Source: an uncultured Gemmataceae bacterium (GTDB lineage: Bacteria > Planctomycetota > Planctomycetia > Gemmatales > Gemmataceae). From it: DNA of 64,000 bases. The notes beneath the pieces were generated by a model, which was given only the letters and a program-made list of their open reading frames with translations, did not search any database and was not told the DNA's origin. Each line of letters starts with the position of its first letter. The first letter of the stretch is position 1. The translations under genes and the position numbers were made by a program. This document shows positions 30,938 through 41,301 of this stretch, piece by piece. The stretch is taken from contig CAVVPN010000012.1 of NCBI GenBank assembly GCA_963750165.1, forward strand, positions 1,088,001-1,152,000, given 5' to 3'.

Positions 30938-32272
30938 TCAGTCCCTCGTGACGATGTCGGAAAACTCGCCCGCGTTGTCGGCGAACGACCGCACGGGAAT
31001 GTCGAAGCGGTGGAGCATCGTGAGGAAAAGATCGCCGAGGGGGCGCTCGGTTTGCTGTTTGATGAAGCGGCCGTGGCGCAGTCCGAGGTTTCTGCCGCCC
31101 GCGAGGATCGTGGGGTAGTTGCGGGCGTTGTGCGTGGTGCTGGTGCCGCTGCCGTAGAGGGCCACGGTGTTGTCGAGCAGCCGATCGTTGCCTTCGCGGA
31201 TCGAGCCGAGGCGGTTGAGGAAGTAAGCAAACTGCTCGGCGAGGTAGCGGTCGTATCGGCCCCAGGGCGTGGTCGGTCCGTGGCTGAGGCCATGATGTCC
31301 GTTGCCGAAGCCGAGAATTGACGGGAAGCGGTCGCAGATGCCGACGCCGTCTTCGGCACACAGCTGGTAGGCGGCGACGCGCGTCGTGTCGGTCTCGAAC
31401 GCCAGCACGATCAGGTTGAGCATGGTGCGGATGTAGTCGGTCGGCCCGCGCGGCGAGACGTCGAGGTTGATGGCCTGACGGTTGACCTGCGGCAGCGCCC
31501 GGCCGAGCCATTCCTCGGAACGAACCAATCGGGTTTCGACCTCACTGAGCGATTGCAAGAATTCATCGAGCCGTTGCTGATCGGGCCGGCCGAGGTTGTT
31601 GCGCAGCGAACGCGAGTCTTCTAGCAGGAAATCGACCCGGCGGCGGCCGGAGGCGAGGGCCCGCGCACGCGCGGCGCGGTCGCCGTCGGTGGGCGGCTCG
31701 AACAGGCGCTCGAAAATGCGGCGCGGGGTCGATTCGGCGGGAATCGCGCGGCCCTGGGCGTCGAAGGAAATCGTCGTCGATCGGCTCTTGGTGCCGACGC
31801 CGCCGTGGCTCGAAAGCACCAGCGAAGGAATACGCGTCTGCGAGCCGTACCGGCGGCCGATCGCCTGGTCGATCGAAATCGAGTTTTGCAGATTGACGCG
31901 GATGTCGGCCCCGGTGAGCCAGACATCGACCGTGTTATGCCCGACGAGCTGGCGGCTGGTCGGGTGCGACAGGCCGCCGAAGATGGTCAGGTCGCGGCGA
32001 TGCGGTTCGAGCGGTTCGAGCGAACGGGTGAACCGATAGTCGGTCCCGTCGGTGTGGGGAAACCAGTGCCAGTCCTGGTAGTCCGGTCGGTTGCGCCCTG
32101 GCAGTGCCACGCCGTTACCGAAGAAGAGCGCGCAAAAGCGTTTCGGCCGCGGGGCCGCCGGTTGATTGGCGTGCGACATGGATTCGAGCCATGGCAAGGC
32201 CAGCGCCATGCCGGCGCCGCGGAGGAATGTTCGTCGGTCGAGATGCCAGGAGGAGCGAGGCATGGCGGTCAT
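30938..32272 (-). CDS. DUF1552 domain protein
   Basis: LDRRTFLRGAG.ALALPWLESM, SISIDQ, HHGLSH, LYGSG. Confidence 0.92.
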   Translation of the reverse strand: MTAMPRSSWHLDRRTFLRGAGMALALPWLESMSHANQPAAPRPKRFCALFFGNGVALPGRNRPDYQDWHWFPHTDGTDYRFTRSLEPLEPHRRDLTIFGGLSHPTSRQLVGHNTVDVWLTGADIRVNLQNSISIDQAIGRRYGSQTRIPSLVLSSHGGVGTKSRSTTISFDAQGRAIPAESTPRRIFERLFEPPTDGDRAARARALASGRRRVDFLLEDSRSLRNNLGRPDQQRLDEFLQSLSEVETRLVRSEEWLGRALPQVNRQAINLDVSPRGPTDYIRTMLNLIVLAFETDTTRVAAYQLCAEDGVGICDRFPSILGFGNGHHGLSHGPTTPWGRYDRYLAEQFAYFLNRLGSIREGNDRLLDNTVALYGSGTSTTHNARNYPTILAGGRNLGLRHGRFIKQQTERPLGDLFLTMLHRFDIPVRSFADNAGEFSDIVTRD

Positions 32273-32278
32273 CCTTTG

Positions 32279-34810
32279 TTACTTCGATTGAAACGGTTCG
32301 CTCGACGCGATTAATTCAATGAGTGCGGGCAACCGGTCGCCGCGCTCGCGGAGGGTGGGAACCAGGGCGTCGGCCGCCTCGGTGTCGCCGAGGGTGAGCG
32401 ATCGGCCGAGGGCGTAGGTCATCACCTTGCGCAGCATCGCCCGGCGAAACTGGTCGGACTTCGTGCGCAAGAGTTCACTTCGCAATTCTCGCATGCCGTC
32501 GATTTTGACGCCAGTGGGTAATTCGGCTTTCGCGTCGATCGGGTGCGCAGTCCTGCGCTTCCGCAGGGTCGCGCCGACGCCATCGCGCTGCCAGTTGCCG
32601 ACGGCGTCGTATTCCTCAAAGGCGATGCCCCACGGATCGATCTTGCGGTGGCAGCCCGCACACGCGGCGTTGCTGCGGTGGACTTCGAGCGCCTTGGGAA
32701 TCGTCAGGTTCTTCACCTTCGGATTCTCGCGGTTCAACTCCGGCACATTCGGTGGCGGCGGCGGCGGCGTCTCGTCGAACAGGTTCTTGAGCAGCCACAT
32801 GCCGCGCTTGACCGGGTGGCCGTCGCGGCCGTCCGAGAGACCCGTCAGGACGCTGGCGTGGGTCAAGACGCCGCCGCGCTGGTGGGCTTCGTCGAGCTTC
32901 ACCTTGCGGAAGTTGGGGCCGCTGACGCCGGCGATGCCGTAATGCGCCGCCAGGGTGTCGTTGACGCACGTGAAATCGGAGGCGAGGAACTGGAAGATGC
33001 TCAGGTCGCGGCGCAGCACCTCGCCGAAAAAGTGGATCGTCTCCAGCCGCATCGCCGCGGCGAGCCGATCGTCGAAGCCGGGATAAGTGTTCTTGCTGAC
33101 GGTCACGCGCTGCAACCGATCGAGTTCGAGCCATTGCTCCGCGTATTGCTCGATGAACAACCAGGCCCTGGGGTCTTGAATCATGCGGCGGACCTGGGCA
33201 GACAGGACCGCGGGGTCGCGCAACTTCCCCTGATCGGCGAGGCGAAACAGCGCCTCGTCGGGCATGGTGCTCCAGAGGAAATAGGACAGCCGTGACGCCA
33301 GTTCGTGATCGGTCAGTCGTTCCTTCACGGTGCCCTTGCGACTCGCCGGCAGGCCCAGAAAGCGCGGCGAACTCAACACGACGCTTAGCGTGTCCTTCAG
33401 GCTGTCTTCCAGGGTGTCGGCGCTCGCCCGGGCCTTCGTCCAGTATTTCATGAGTCGATCGAGTTCGTCAGGGGCGATCGGACCGCGATAGGCGCGCGCG
33501 GCAAAGCGCCGCACGACTTCCCGGGCGTACGGCGCTTCGGCAAGCCCATCCTTCGCAAACAGGATGTTCGTATGCGTCCGCGGCGGCCAGGTCTCGAAAT
33601 ACGGACTCTCGAACTCCATCCACTCGATCTTCAGCCGCGGCGGTTTCGCCTCCCCCTTGATCGCCCTGGCCGAGTTCCAGGCCGCAATCAGGGCCGAGTT
33701 CTTGTTGTTCAGCGGGCCGGAGTTCGGCACCGAGACGTTCTCCATCCGGACCCGAAACTCATAGGTGCGGTAATCGGCGTGGTCGATGACGATCGGCTCG
33801 CCGACGGTCGTCAATTCGACGCCGTGGAAGTTTGTCGAGCCGACGGCGACCGTCAGGATCGGCAGGCGCGCGGCGTCGGCCCCCGCCGGCAGCTCGGCGC
33901 AGGCGGCGCGAACCTTGATCCGGGTCTCCCCCTTGCGGAAGGCCTGGTGAAACCCGAAAGCGTAACAGTGCTCGGGCATCTGCACTGCCGCCTCGCCGAA
34001 GCGCCGAATCGCCGACGGCGCCAGTGCCGGGTTCCAGATTTTGTTTTTGTCCTTGTCCTTGTCCTTGCCCGGGCTGGACATGTTCCAGATGCGGAACGCC
34101 TTGCCCTTCTTGGTGGCGTACTCGAAGGATTCACCCGGTCGGCCATCGGGCCTGGGCAAGCTCGCCACTTGAAAATTCGCGTGCTTGTCGCCGACGGAAA
34201 GGCGGTAACGATGAACCACCGGCGGTGGGCCCGATACGATCGCCTCGGCGAGCGCTTCGTCCGCGATCTGCAGGTAGGTCTCGTATTGCAGCGGCGACAT
34301 CCGCAGCGCGTCGCCGTCGTTGCGGAAGCCGTCTTTTGAATGGCCGTCTTCCGGGAGCCGCGCCCCGAACCTGATCGGCAGGCCGAGCAGGTCCTGCATC
34401 GTGCGTTCGTACTCGCGGCGGGTCAGGCGGCGGAAGTGGACCGCCTGGTTCTTCGCGAGCGCGGCTCGACGGCGTTCCTGCGTGAGCCAGGCGGTCATCA
34501 GCTCGCGGTCTTCCTTTTTGAGGGCGGGTTGCTTCGCCGGCGGCATGTCGCCGAAATTGAGCCGGTCATGGACCTCACGCCAGTGATCGCCATCCTTGCC
34601 GTTGACGAGATCGGGGTTGAGCTTGTCGATCCGCAATTTCCCCTTGGCCTTCTCGGCGCCATGACAGCCGTAGCAATGTTTCTGAAAGAGCGGCGCAACG
34701 CGCGCGAAGGGAATGGGCTCGTCCGCACGAAGCCCCGACGTCCCGACGCCGACCAATGAGGCGGCAACGGCAACAACCAATAGAGGTGTGATCTGGCGGG
34801 ATGCGATCAT
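32279..34810 (-). CDS. DUF1592/DUF1588 (PSD-series) protein with cytochrome c domain
   Basis: CYGCHG, RRLTRREY, ELASRLSYFLWSTMPD, HPVKRG.W, CAGCH.KIDP.G. Confidence 0.92.
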   Translation of the reverse strand: MIASRQITPLLVVAVAASLVGVGTSGLRADEPIPFARVAPLFQKHCYGCHGAEKAKGKLRIDKLNPDLVNGKDGDHWREVHDRLNFGDMPPAKQPALKKEDRELMTAWLTQERRRAALAKNQAVHFRRLTRREYERTMQDLLGLPIRFGARLPEDGHSKDGFRNDGDALRMSPLQYETYLQIADEALAEAIVSGPPPVVHRYRLSVGDKHANFQVASLPRPDGRPGESFEYATKKGKAFRIWNMSSPGKDKDKDKNKIWNPALAPSAIRRFGEAAVQMPEHCYAFGFHQAFRKGETRIKVRAACAELPAGADAARLPILTVAVGSTNFHGVELTTVGEPIVIDHADYRTYEFRVRMENVSVPNSGPLNNKNSALIAAWNSARAIKGEAKPPRLKIEWMEFESPYFETWPPRTHTNILFAKDGLAEAPYAREVVRRFAARAYRGPIAPDELDRLMKYWTKARASADTLEDSLKDTLSVVLSSPRFLGLPASRKGTVKERLTDHELASRLSYFLWSTMPDEALFRLADQGKLRDPAVLSAQVRRMIQDPRAWLFIEQYAEQWLELDRLQRVTVSKNTYPGFDDRLAAAMRLETIHFFGEVLRRDLSIFQFLASDFTCVNDTLAAHYGIAGVSGPNFRKVKLDEAHQRGGVLTHASVLTGLSDGRDGHPVKRGMWLLKNLFDETPPPPPPNVPELNRENPKVKNLTIPKALEVHRSNAACAGCHRKIDPWGIAFEEYDAVGNWQRDGVGATLRKRRTAHPIDAKAELPTGVKIDGMRELRSELLRTKSDQFRRAMLRKVMTYALGRSLTLGDTEAADALVPTLRERGDRLPALIELIASSEPFQSK

Positions 34811-35225
34811 GGCAAACGATCTCTTAAGCGCGTCGTCCGGCAACAATCCAAACGAAGCGCGATTACGGGCGTGTCAAACCAGCGGCAGCAACCACGGCGA
34901 ACGAGGCCAACCCATGCGCCGCTCACCATTCGTCTGGATCGAAACGGGAGGCCAGTTGGTGGGATCGCGTGGAGGTACCCCCAAAAAACCATTTATACCT
35001 GAGTTGAAGGCCCATTTCAAAGAAAGGCTGATAAGACAAGCGGATTGTTAATGTGTCATTGAGGACCGACACTTCTCACCATCTGGCGGCACGCCCTGCG
35101 GCGCCAGCACGCCGCCGAGAGCGTGGGGGATGACGGGCCTCTGGGCGACTGCACTCGTTTGGGGGCGAGCACGACGAACCCCAGCAGCGGCCAGACTTTC
35201 ATTCGTTGGCCTCCGCGTCGGTGAG

Positions 35226-36569
35226 TTACTTTCCCGCCTTCTTGTCCGCCCTGTCGGCGGCCCAGATGGCCCGGATCGCCACTTCATCCCCCAGCCCGTC
35301 CGGCACCGCCGCGCTGGGCACGTTGGCGAAGTACCAGCGCCGCCGGTCGAGCGGCGAGCGCACGGTGCGGCTGCCGGGCATCTGCAGGAAGCCGTTGGGG
35401 TCGGTGGTACGCACCCAGTCCCAGGCGTAGCGCAGCCAGGCGGCGCGGTACGGCTTACTCTGGTGGGCGAACCAGCTGATCTCGTCGTAGCCCCAGACCC
35501 AGATGCCGCCTTGTTTGGGTTTGCCCGGCTGCTTGCTGACACCCCAGTTGTCGATCTCCACCAGGTAGGGCAGGTGGTCGCACTTCCAACCGCTGAAGGT
35601 CAGGCCGCCCTTGCTGCGGCGGTAGATGCTGTCGGAGAAGCCGACCTGTAAGACCGCCTCCTGCGGCCGGTCCGGCACCTCCTTGATGCGGAGGGGGAAG
35701 GAGTGAAAATCCATGAGCAGCCGGCCTTCGCGCACCAGCCCGCCGCTCGGCACGTGCGCGTCGCACACGACCATGTGTCGGCGGGCGTGCTTGGCGGCGT
35801 GGGCGCGGATCAGCGTGAGGACGTGCTCGTAATGGGCCAGCCCACGGTCGTTGCCGTTCATCAGCTCCGTCTGACCGAAGTGAATGGCCTCGCAGCCCAG
35901 GTCGATGTATGAGGCCGCCAGGAAGTAAAACCACAGCTTGGTCTCCGGCCGGCTCACGTCCGGGACGGACGCGCCTTTGCCCCAATGGTTGCGGCGCTTG
36001 CCGTCGGGGTAGAGCATGTCGGCATAGCGAAAGTTACGCGCCTCGGCCGGCAGGCCCAGGGCCTGGAACGCCCAGGCGGGCACGGGGACCTTCTCGACGT
36101 TCGTGGTCACGATCTCGAAGACGCAAGCTTGCAGGATCATCTCCGGGTCGGCCTTGTGGACCAACGGCACCTGCTTGCGAGCCCGCTCCAGGTTCTTCAG
36201 CAAATTGGCTTCGCCGGCCCACAGACAGAGGGCGCGGCCGATGAATTTGGCCCCGGTATCCTTGAGCATGCGGACGTTGTCGTCGAGGTCGCCTTTGCCG
36301 TTGAGCAGGCCCTCCATCGAGATGGCGCGGGCGAGGTAGTTCTCCAGCACCGCGCGCGACATGGTTTTGTCGAACTGGTAAGTGCGCGGCCGGCCCTCTT
36401 GCAACGGCGCGTGCTCGGCTGCCGGCTCAGACTCCAGGGCGCCGCCGAGGGCGGGAATGACTTCGTCGCGGTCGGCCACAGGTTTTGCCCGCGTCCCGGC
36501 TCCGAGTACAGGATGAAGAAGCGGGAGGATGCCCACAACGAGCGCGGTCAGAAGGTTGTAGCGTTTCAT
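35226..36569 (-). CDS. Secreted hypothetical protein (possible glycoside-hydrolase-like fold)
   Basis: Signal peptide; EAIHFGQ, LVEIDNWG, WGYDEISWF. Confidence 0.7.
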   Translation of the reverse strand: MKRYNLLTALVVGILPLLHPVLGAGTRAKPVADRDEVIPALGGALESEPAAEHAPLQEGRPRTYQFDKTMSRAVLENYLARAISMEGLLNGKGDLDDNVRMLKDTGAKFIGRALCLWAGEANLLKNLERARKQVPLVHKADPEMILQACVFEIVTTNVEKVPVPAWAFQALGLPAEARNFRYADMLYPDGKRRNHWGKGASVPDVSRPETKLWFYFLAASYIDLGCEAIHFGQTELMNGNDRGLAHYEHVLTLIRAHAAKHARRHMVVCDAHVPSGGLVREGRLLMDFHSFPLRIKEVPDRPQEAVLQVGFSDSIYRRSKGGLTFSGWKCDHLPYLVEIDNWGVSKQPGKPKQGGIWVWGYDEISWFAHQSKPYRAAWLRYAWDWVRTTDPNGFLQMPGSRTVRSPLDRRRWYFANVPSAAVPDGLGDEVAIRAIWAADRADKKAGK

Positions 36570-36909
36570 CGACGTCTCCGGGTGTGGACGGCGTTTCCCG
36601 ACTCGCCCGCGGAACGAGGCCGTTCCGCGCCGCGTGGAGTTCGCGAAGGGGGCGCCACCCGTGGTTGCGAGAGAAGCTCCTCGCGCAGCGGCCGCGTATG
36701 GCGGTCACTATATGGGGGGACGACGTGGAAATCACTCCCATCCTCCCACCCGGGCGTGCTGTCGGTCGCTGTGGGGCCGCGCGTTTGGCCGCCTTGCGGG
36801 CTTCAAGAAGACCGAAACGGGCTCCGGTTGCGCGGCGGCTGGGAGGGAGACCGCAGCGGACTCCGCGGTGTCGTTCCGGGGCAACAGCCTCCTTCCCAGC
36901 GTCCGGTTC

Positions 36910-38859
36910 TCACTTCTCCTTGTCCAGAGACCACACCTTCACCGTCCGGTCACTGGAGGCGCTGGCCAGGCGTCTGCCGTCGGGGCTGAAGCAGACGCTC
37001 CTCAGAAGAGCGGTATGTCCCTTGAGGGTGAGGAGTTCCTGTCCCTTCGCCGCGTCCCACACCTTCACCGTCTTATCCCAGCTGGCACTGGCGATGCGTT
37101 TGCCATCGGGGCTGAAGCAGGCACTGCAGACAAACGAGGTGTGCCCCTTGAGTGCCAGGAGTTCTCGCCCTTTCTCCGCGTCCCAGACCCGAGCCGTTTC
37201 ATCGCCGGCGCTAACGAGGCGTTTGCCGTCGGGACTGAACGCCACGCTGTGGATGAAGCCCGTGTGCCCCTTGAGGGTAAGGAGTTCCTGCCCCTTCTCC
37301 GCGTCCCACACCTTAATCACTCCGGGCGCCTTGGCACCTTTTGAACTCCACGGATAGACACCAGCGAGGCGTTTGCCGTCGGGGCTGAAGCAGACGCTGC
37401 CGTTCGGCCTGAATTGCGCCGTGAGGGTGAGGAGTTCCTGCCCCTTCTCCGCGTCCCACACCTTGATGCCCTCAGTGCTTAAACTGGCGATGCGTTTGCC
37501 GTCGGGGCTGAAGCAGACGCTGCCGGTAGATCGGGTCTGCCCGTTGAGGATGAAGATCTTGTGCCCCTTCTCCGCGTCCCACACCCGAACCGTTTGATCC
37601 GCGCCGGCGCTGGCGATGCGTTTGCCGTCGGGGCTGAAGCAGACGCTCCACACCACGCCGGTATGCCCTTTGAGGGCGAGAATCTCGGTCCCCTTCGCCG
37701 CGTCCCACACCTTCACCTCGCCTGGACCTGGTGGATTTCCTCCGACCCCTCCGCCCGCTCCGACCCCCCGAGGCAACACTCCACCACCTGTGACGATGCG
37801 TTTGCCGTCGGGGCTGAAGCAGACGCTCCAGACCTGACTGGTATGCCCCTTGAGGGTGAGCGGTTCCGGTTTCTGGGCCCGCGCGGAAGTCCTTTCCGTC
37901 AAGGGGAACACCACCGGGAGGGCCGGCTCTTCCTCTGGCCCCACCGGTCCCTGGGCGCCTCGCTCCGGCTGGACTTCCGCCGGCGCCGCGTTGGCAGCGT
38001 AGAAATGTCCGCCGACCGCCACCGTCACCAGGGCGAGCACGATCAGCGCCCCGGCGACCATCCCGATTTTCTTGACGAACATGGTTTTTAGCACTCCTTC
38101 CGTCAGAACGGCGACCTTGGCCGACGCGGCCAGGGCCAGGGACTTCCCGTTGACCACCGCGAGCGCGGCAGCGACCGTCGTATCCACGCAGGCCAGGGGC
38201 ATGGCGGTCGCTGACAGGCTCTCGGATGCCAGGACGGCGGGCAGCACCGCGGACCAGGCGATACCGCGACCCTTCAGCCGGCTGCCCAGCGCCGCGCGCG
38301 CCTGCTCCAGCCGCCGCCGGAGGGTGCTCTTGCTCCAGCCGAGTTGATCGGCCGCCTCGTCCTGCGTTTGGCCTTCCAGGTAGCACAACACCAGCGGCAG
38401 CCGCCACCTGTCCGGCAAGCGACTCAGTTCCGCATCCAGGGCCGAACGGACCTCGCTCCATGTCAGGTCGTCCGGCGGCACGGCCTCGGACCGGGCGGCA
38501 CCGGCTTCCCAGCGCTGTCGGGCCATGGCGCGGGCTTTGGCTTTGCGGGATATGCGGAGGGCCACCCCGTGCAGCCAACCGGCCAGCGAACTGTGTTGGC
38601 GCAACGCGTGGAGTTCCTGGGCGAGGACCAGAAAGGTGGCCTGGAAAGCGTCCTCAGCGTCTTGTGGGTGTCGCAACACGCGGCGGCAGACCTGGTAAAC
38701 CATCGTCCCGTGGCGGCGCACGATGGTCAGGAGGGCCGACTCGTCACGAGTCGCCAGCACTCGCTCGACGAGCTGGCGGTCGGACTCGACGCCGAGAAGT
38801 TCCGCCGTCATGCCGCGTGTCAGGCGGTGGAGAAAATCACTCACATTTGCCGTGGTCAC
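36910..38859 (-). CDS. ECF sigma-70 factor fused to a TM helix and C-terminal WD40 propeller
   Basis: DAEDAFQATFLVLA, LCYLEG.TQDEAA..LG; about 7 WD repeats (FSPDGKR...VWD). Confidence 0.92.
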   Translation of the reverse strand: MTTANVSDFLHRLTRGMTAELLGVESDRQLVERVLATRDESALLTIVRRHGTMVYQVCRRVLRHPQDAEDAFQATFLVLAQELHALRQHSSLAGWLHGVALRISRKAKARAMARQRWEAGAARSEAVPPDDLTWSEVRSALDAELSRLPDRWRLPLVLCYLEGQTQDEAADQLGWSKSTLRRRLEQARAALGSRLKGRGIAWSAVLPAVLASESLSATAMPLACVDTTVAAALAVVNGKSLALAASAKVAVLTEGVLKTMFVKKIGMVAGALIVLALVTVAVGGHFYAANAAPAEVQPERGAQGPVGPEEEPALPVVFPLTERTSARAQKPEPLTLKGHTSQVWSVCFSPDGKRIVTGGGVLPRGVGAGGGVGGNPPGPGEVKVWDAAKGTEILALKGHTGVVWSVCFSPDGKRIASAGADQTVRVWDAEKGHKIFILNGQTRSTGSVCFSPDGKRIASLSTEGIKVWDAEKGQELLTLTAQFRPNGSVCFSPDGKRLAGVYPWSSKGAKAPGVIKVWDAEKGQELLTLKGHTGFIHSVAFSPDGKRLVSAGDETARVWDAEKGRELLALKGHTSFVCSACFSPDGKRIASASWDKTVKVWDAAKGQELLTLKGHTALLRSVCFSPDGRRLASASSDRTVKVWSLDKEK

Positions 38860-39146
38860 CGGTGGACACTCCTGCGAGGATCAGCCCTACGTATGATAGT
38901 GCCCGCAGGAAATGAAAAGTGGTCACCTTTCCGAGGCGGTGCTCAATGGTGGCCAGGTGATCGCATCTGGGATCCAGGGCTGACCGCGTTGTCAGTCACG
39001 CGCATCTGGCCGCCGTCAACCGGACCTGTTCGTTTCGTGGGTCTACCCCACTCGTTACGCCCTCGTTACACACCGCGCCTGCCGGATCGGTTAACATCGG
39101 GATTGTTGTTGCGCTGCTTCCGGGCATGTTCGCGGAGGAAAGGACC

Positions 39147-40178
39147 ATGACGGCACGCCGGCTGATGTGGATCGCGCTGCTGTTGTTGCTACCCGCCACC
39201 GTCAGCGCCGATGAGGCCGAGGACCAGGCGATCAAGGCCGTCCAGCGGCTCGGCGGCCAGCACTTCGACCCCGATGTGGGCCGCGGCAAGCCGGTCGTCA
39301 ACGTGGTACTCAACGGGACGCCGGCGACCGACGCCGACCTCAAGACCCTGGCCGCGTGCCGGCGGCTGCAGGCGCTGCACCTCAACTCCACCCGGGTCAC
39401 CGACGACGGTTTGAAGGAACTGGCCGGCCTGAAGGCGCTCAACTTGCTGAACCTCGCCGGCACCAAGGTACGCGGGCCTGGTTTGCAGGCACTGGTCGGG
39501 CTGGGGCAACTGCGCTGGCTGTCGCTGGGCGGCGCGGGGTTCAACGACACGGGACTTCGGGAAGTTGCCCGGTTGACGCAGTTGCATTTCCTGATGCTGG
39601 AAAAGTGCAACGTCACGGACGCCGGTTTGAAGCACCTGGCCGCCCTCAGGGGCCTGCGCGGGCTCTTCCTGGACCGGACGGCGGTCACGGATGCAGGGCT
39701 CAAGGAACTGACGGTGTTCAAGGATCTGCAGCAGCTGTCGCTGCAAAACACGGCGGTGACGGGCGCAGGGCTGAAGGACCTGGCGCAGCTGACCGAACTG
39801 CGGGTGCTGATGCTCGTGGGGGCGCCGGTGACGCCGGAGGGGGTGCGCGAGGCGGCGGCCCTGGGGCAACTGGATACGCTCGTGCTCAACGACAGCCCGG
39901 TCACCGACCGGGGCTTGCAGGACCTGGCCGCGCTGACGAACCTGCGCCACCTGTATCTGCGCAAATCGCGGGTGACCGACGCGGGGCTGCGGCACCTGGG
40001 CAAACTCAACCGGCTCGAGACCCTGGTCCTCGTCGGGACGCTCGTGACGGACGAGGGCCTGGCGGAGCTGGCCCAGCTGCCCAACCTGCGGCACCTGCAC
40101 CTCAACGATACCCGGGTGACCGGCGCGGGCGTGCGCACCTTGCAGAAGGCCTTGCCCAACGTGAAGATTGATCGCTGA
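39147..40178 (+). CDS. Secreted leucine-rich repeat protein
   Basis: Signal peptide; 24-aa LxxLxLxxTxVTDxGLxxL repeats. Confidence 0.9.
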   Translation: MTARRLMWIALLLLLPATVSADEAEDQAIKAVQRLGGQHFDPDVGRGKPVVNVVLNGTPATDADLKTLAACRRLQALHLNSTRVTDDGLKELAGLKALNLLNLAGTKVRGPGLQALVGLGQLRWLSLGGAGFNDTGLREVARLTQLHFLMLEKCNVTDAGLKHLAALRGLRGLFLDRTAVTDAGLKELTVFKDLQQLSLQNTAVTGAGLKDLAQLTELRVLMLVGAPVTPEGVREAAALGQLDTLVLNDSPVTDRGLQDLAALTNLRHLYLRKSRVTDAGLRHLGKLNRLETLVLVGTLVTDEGLAELAQLPNLRHLHLNDTRVTGAGVRTLQKALPNVKIDR

Positions 40179-41301
40179 CGTGCGGTTGGCCCCGGAGGTG
40201 GCGCGAGGATTGGGGACGGGTGCAGCGGGTGACCGGGGGCGTTGGACGTCCGGGAATTGGTGTCGCATCACGCGGATGAGTTCGGCGGTCGTCGAGCTTC
40301 GGTCGAATGCATCGATCAGTACCGCCGCGTTCTCGGCCCTGATCGACGGGCACGACGGCGAGTGCCTCTGCTGCCGGCGGCGGTTCGCTGACGCTGGTTG
40401 ATGAGGCCGATGTGTCCGCTGCACGTTGGCGGGAGTACGCTCCGTGCAGAGGTGGGGAGGACCGAAGCAACCTATCACCAGTAGATGGCCCTCTTCACCA
40501 GGGCGAGGACGTGGTGCCTTGACCGAACAGAGCCGGATAGGTTCCAGCGTCGCGATCCTGGTACGCCGCCCCGGCAATTCGTCGGCAGAACAACGCCGGT
40601 TATTCAACAGCAGCGCGCGAAAGACACGGCCGCTCCCGTCGCTCATGGGGCCGTCTCGGCGCCGATGCCGCTGCGCCGGGTGAGTTGCTCGTCGGCCTCC
40701 CCTTCCTGGTCTGCGACCGATGAGCCACTCCAACTTTTTCCCTTCGGCGTCGTCATCCGCCGGTGCAGGGTAAGTAACAGAGGGGAGGCGGCGGCACAGC
40801 AGGGGGCGTGATGGATCCTCGAATTCTGGAAGCGACGCGCCTGGGGACGCTGGCCGTCCCCACCGTGTCGGCGTTGATCACGTCCCTGGCCCGCGATTTT
40901 CAGGGCCGGGACGAAGTGCTCCAGGCGACCGCCGTCGCCGTCATCGAGTCCTTCGACCGCTACCTCCCGGCAAATCCTTCGCCGGCGGGGCCGCGGCGGA
41001 AGGTGGTGGGCGGGTCGGCGGCGCGTTCGGCCCCTTGTTGTTCGGGTTCAACGGTCTACCGGCCGATCTCGAAGTGGGCGTGTACCTGGAGCGCGTTGAC
41101 GCTGGCGGCGGCGGCCCGGCGGGCGGCTTGCACGAGCGCGGCACCTGCTCGACGAGCGGGCCGAGGCTGCGGGCGATCGAGTTGGAGTGCCTGTTCATCG
41201 CCGCGTGGTCTCCGCCGGGATGGCCTGGAGTCGGCCACACGGGCATGGTCATCAAGCCGCCTCCCGAATGTCGCGGACTTTCCAGGTTTTCAGGGAACCC
41301 A

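Noticed and set aside
40808..41270. Possible frameshifted hypothetical gene
   Set aside because: No recognisable family; frame cannot be established
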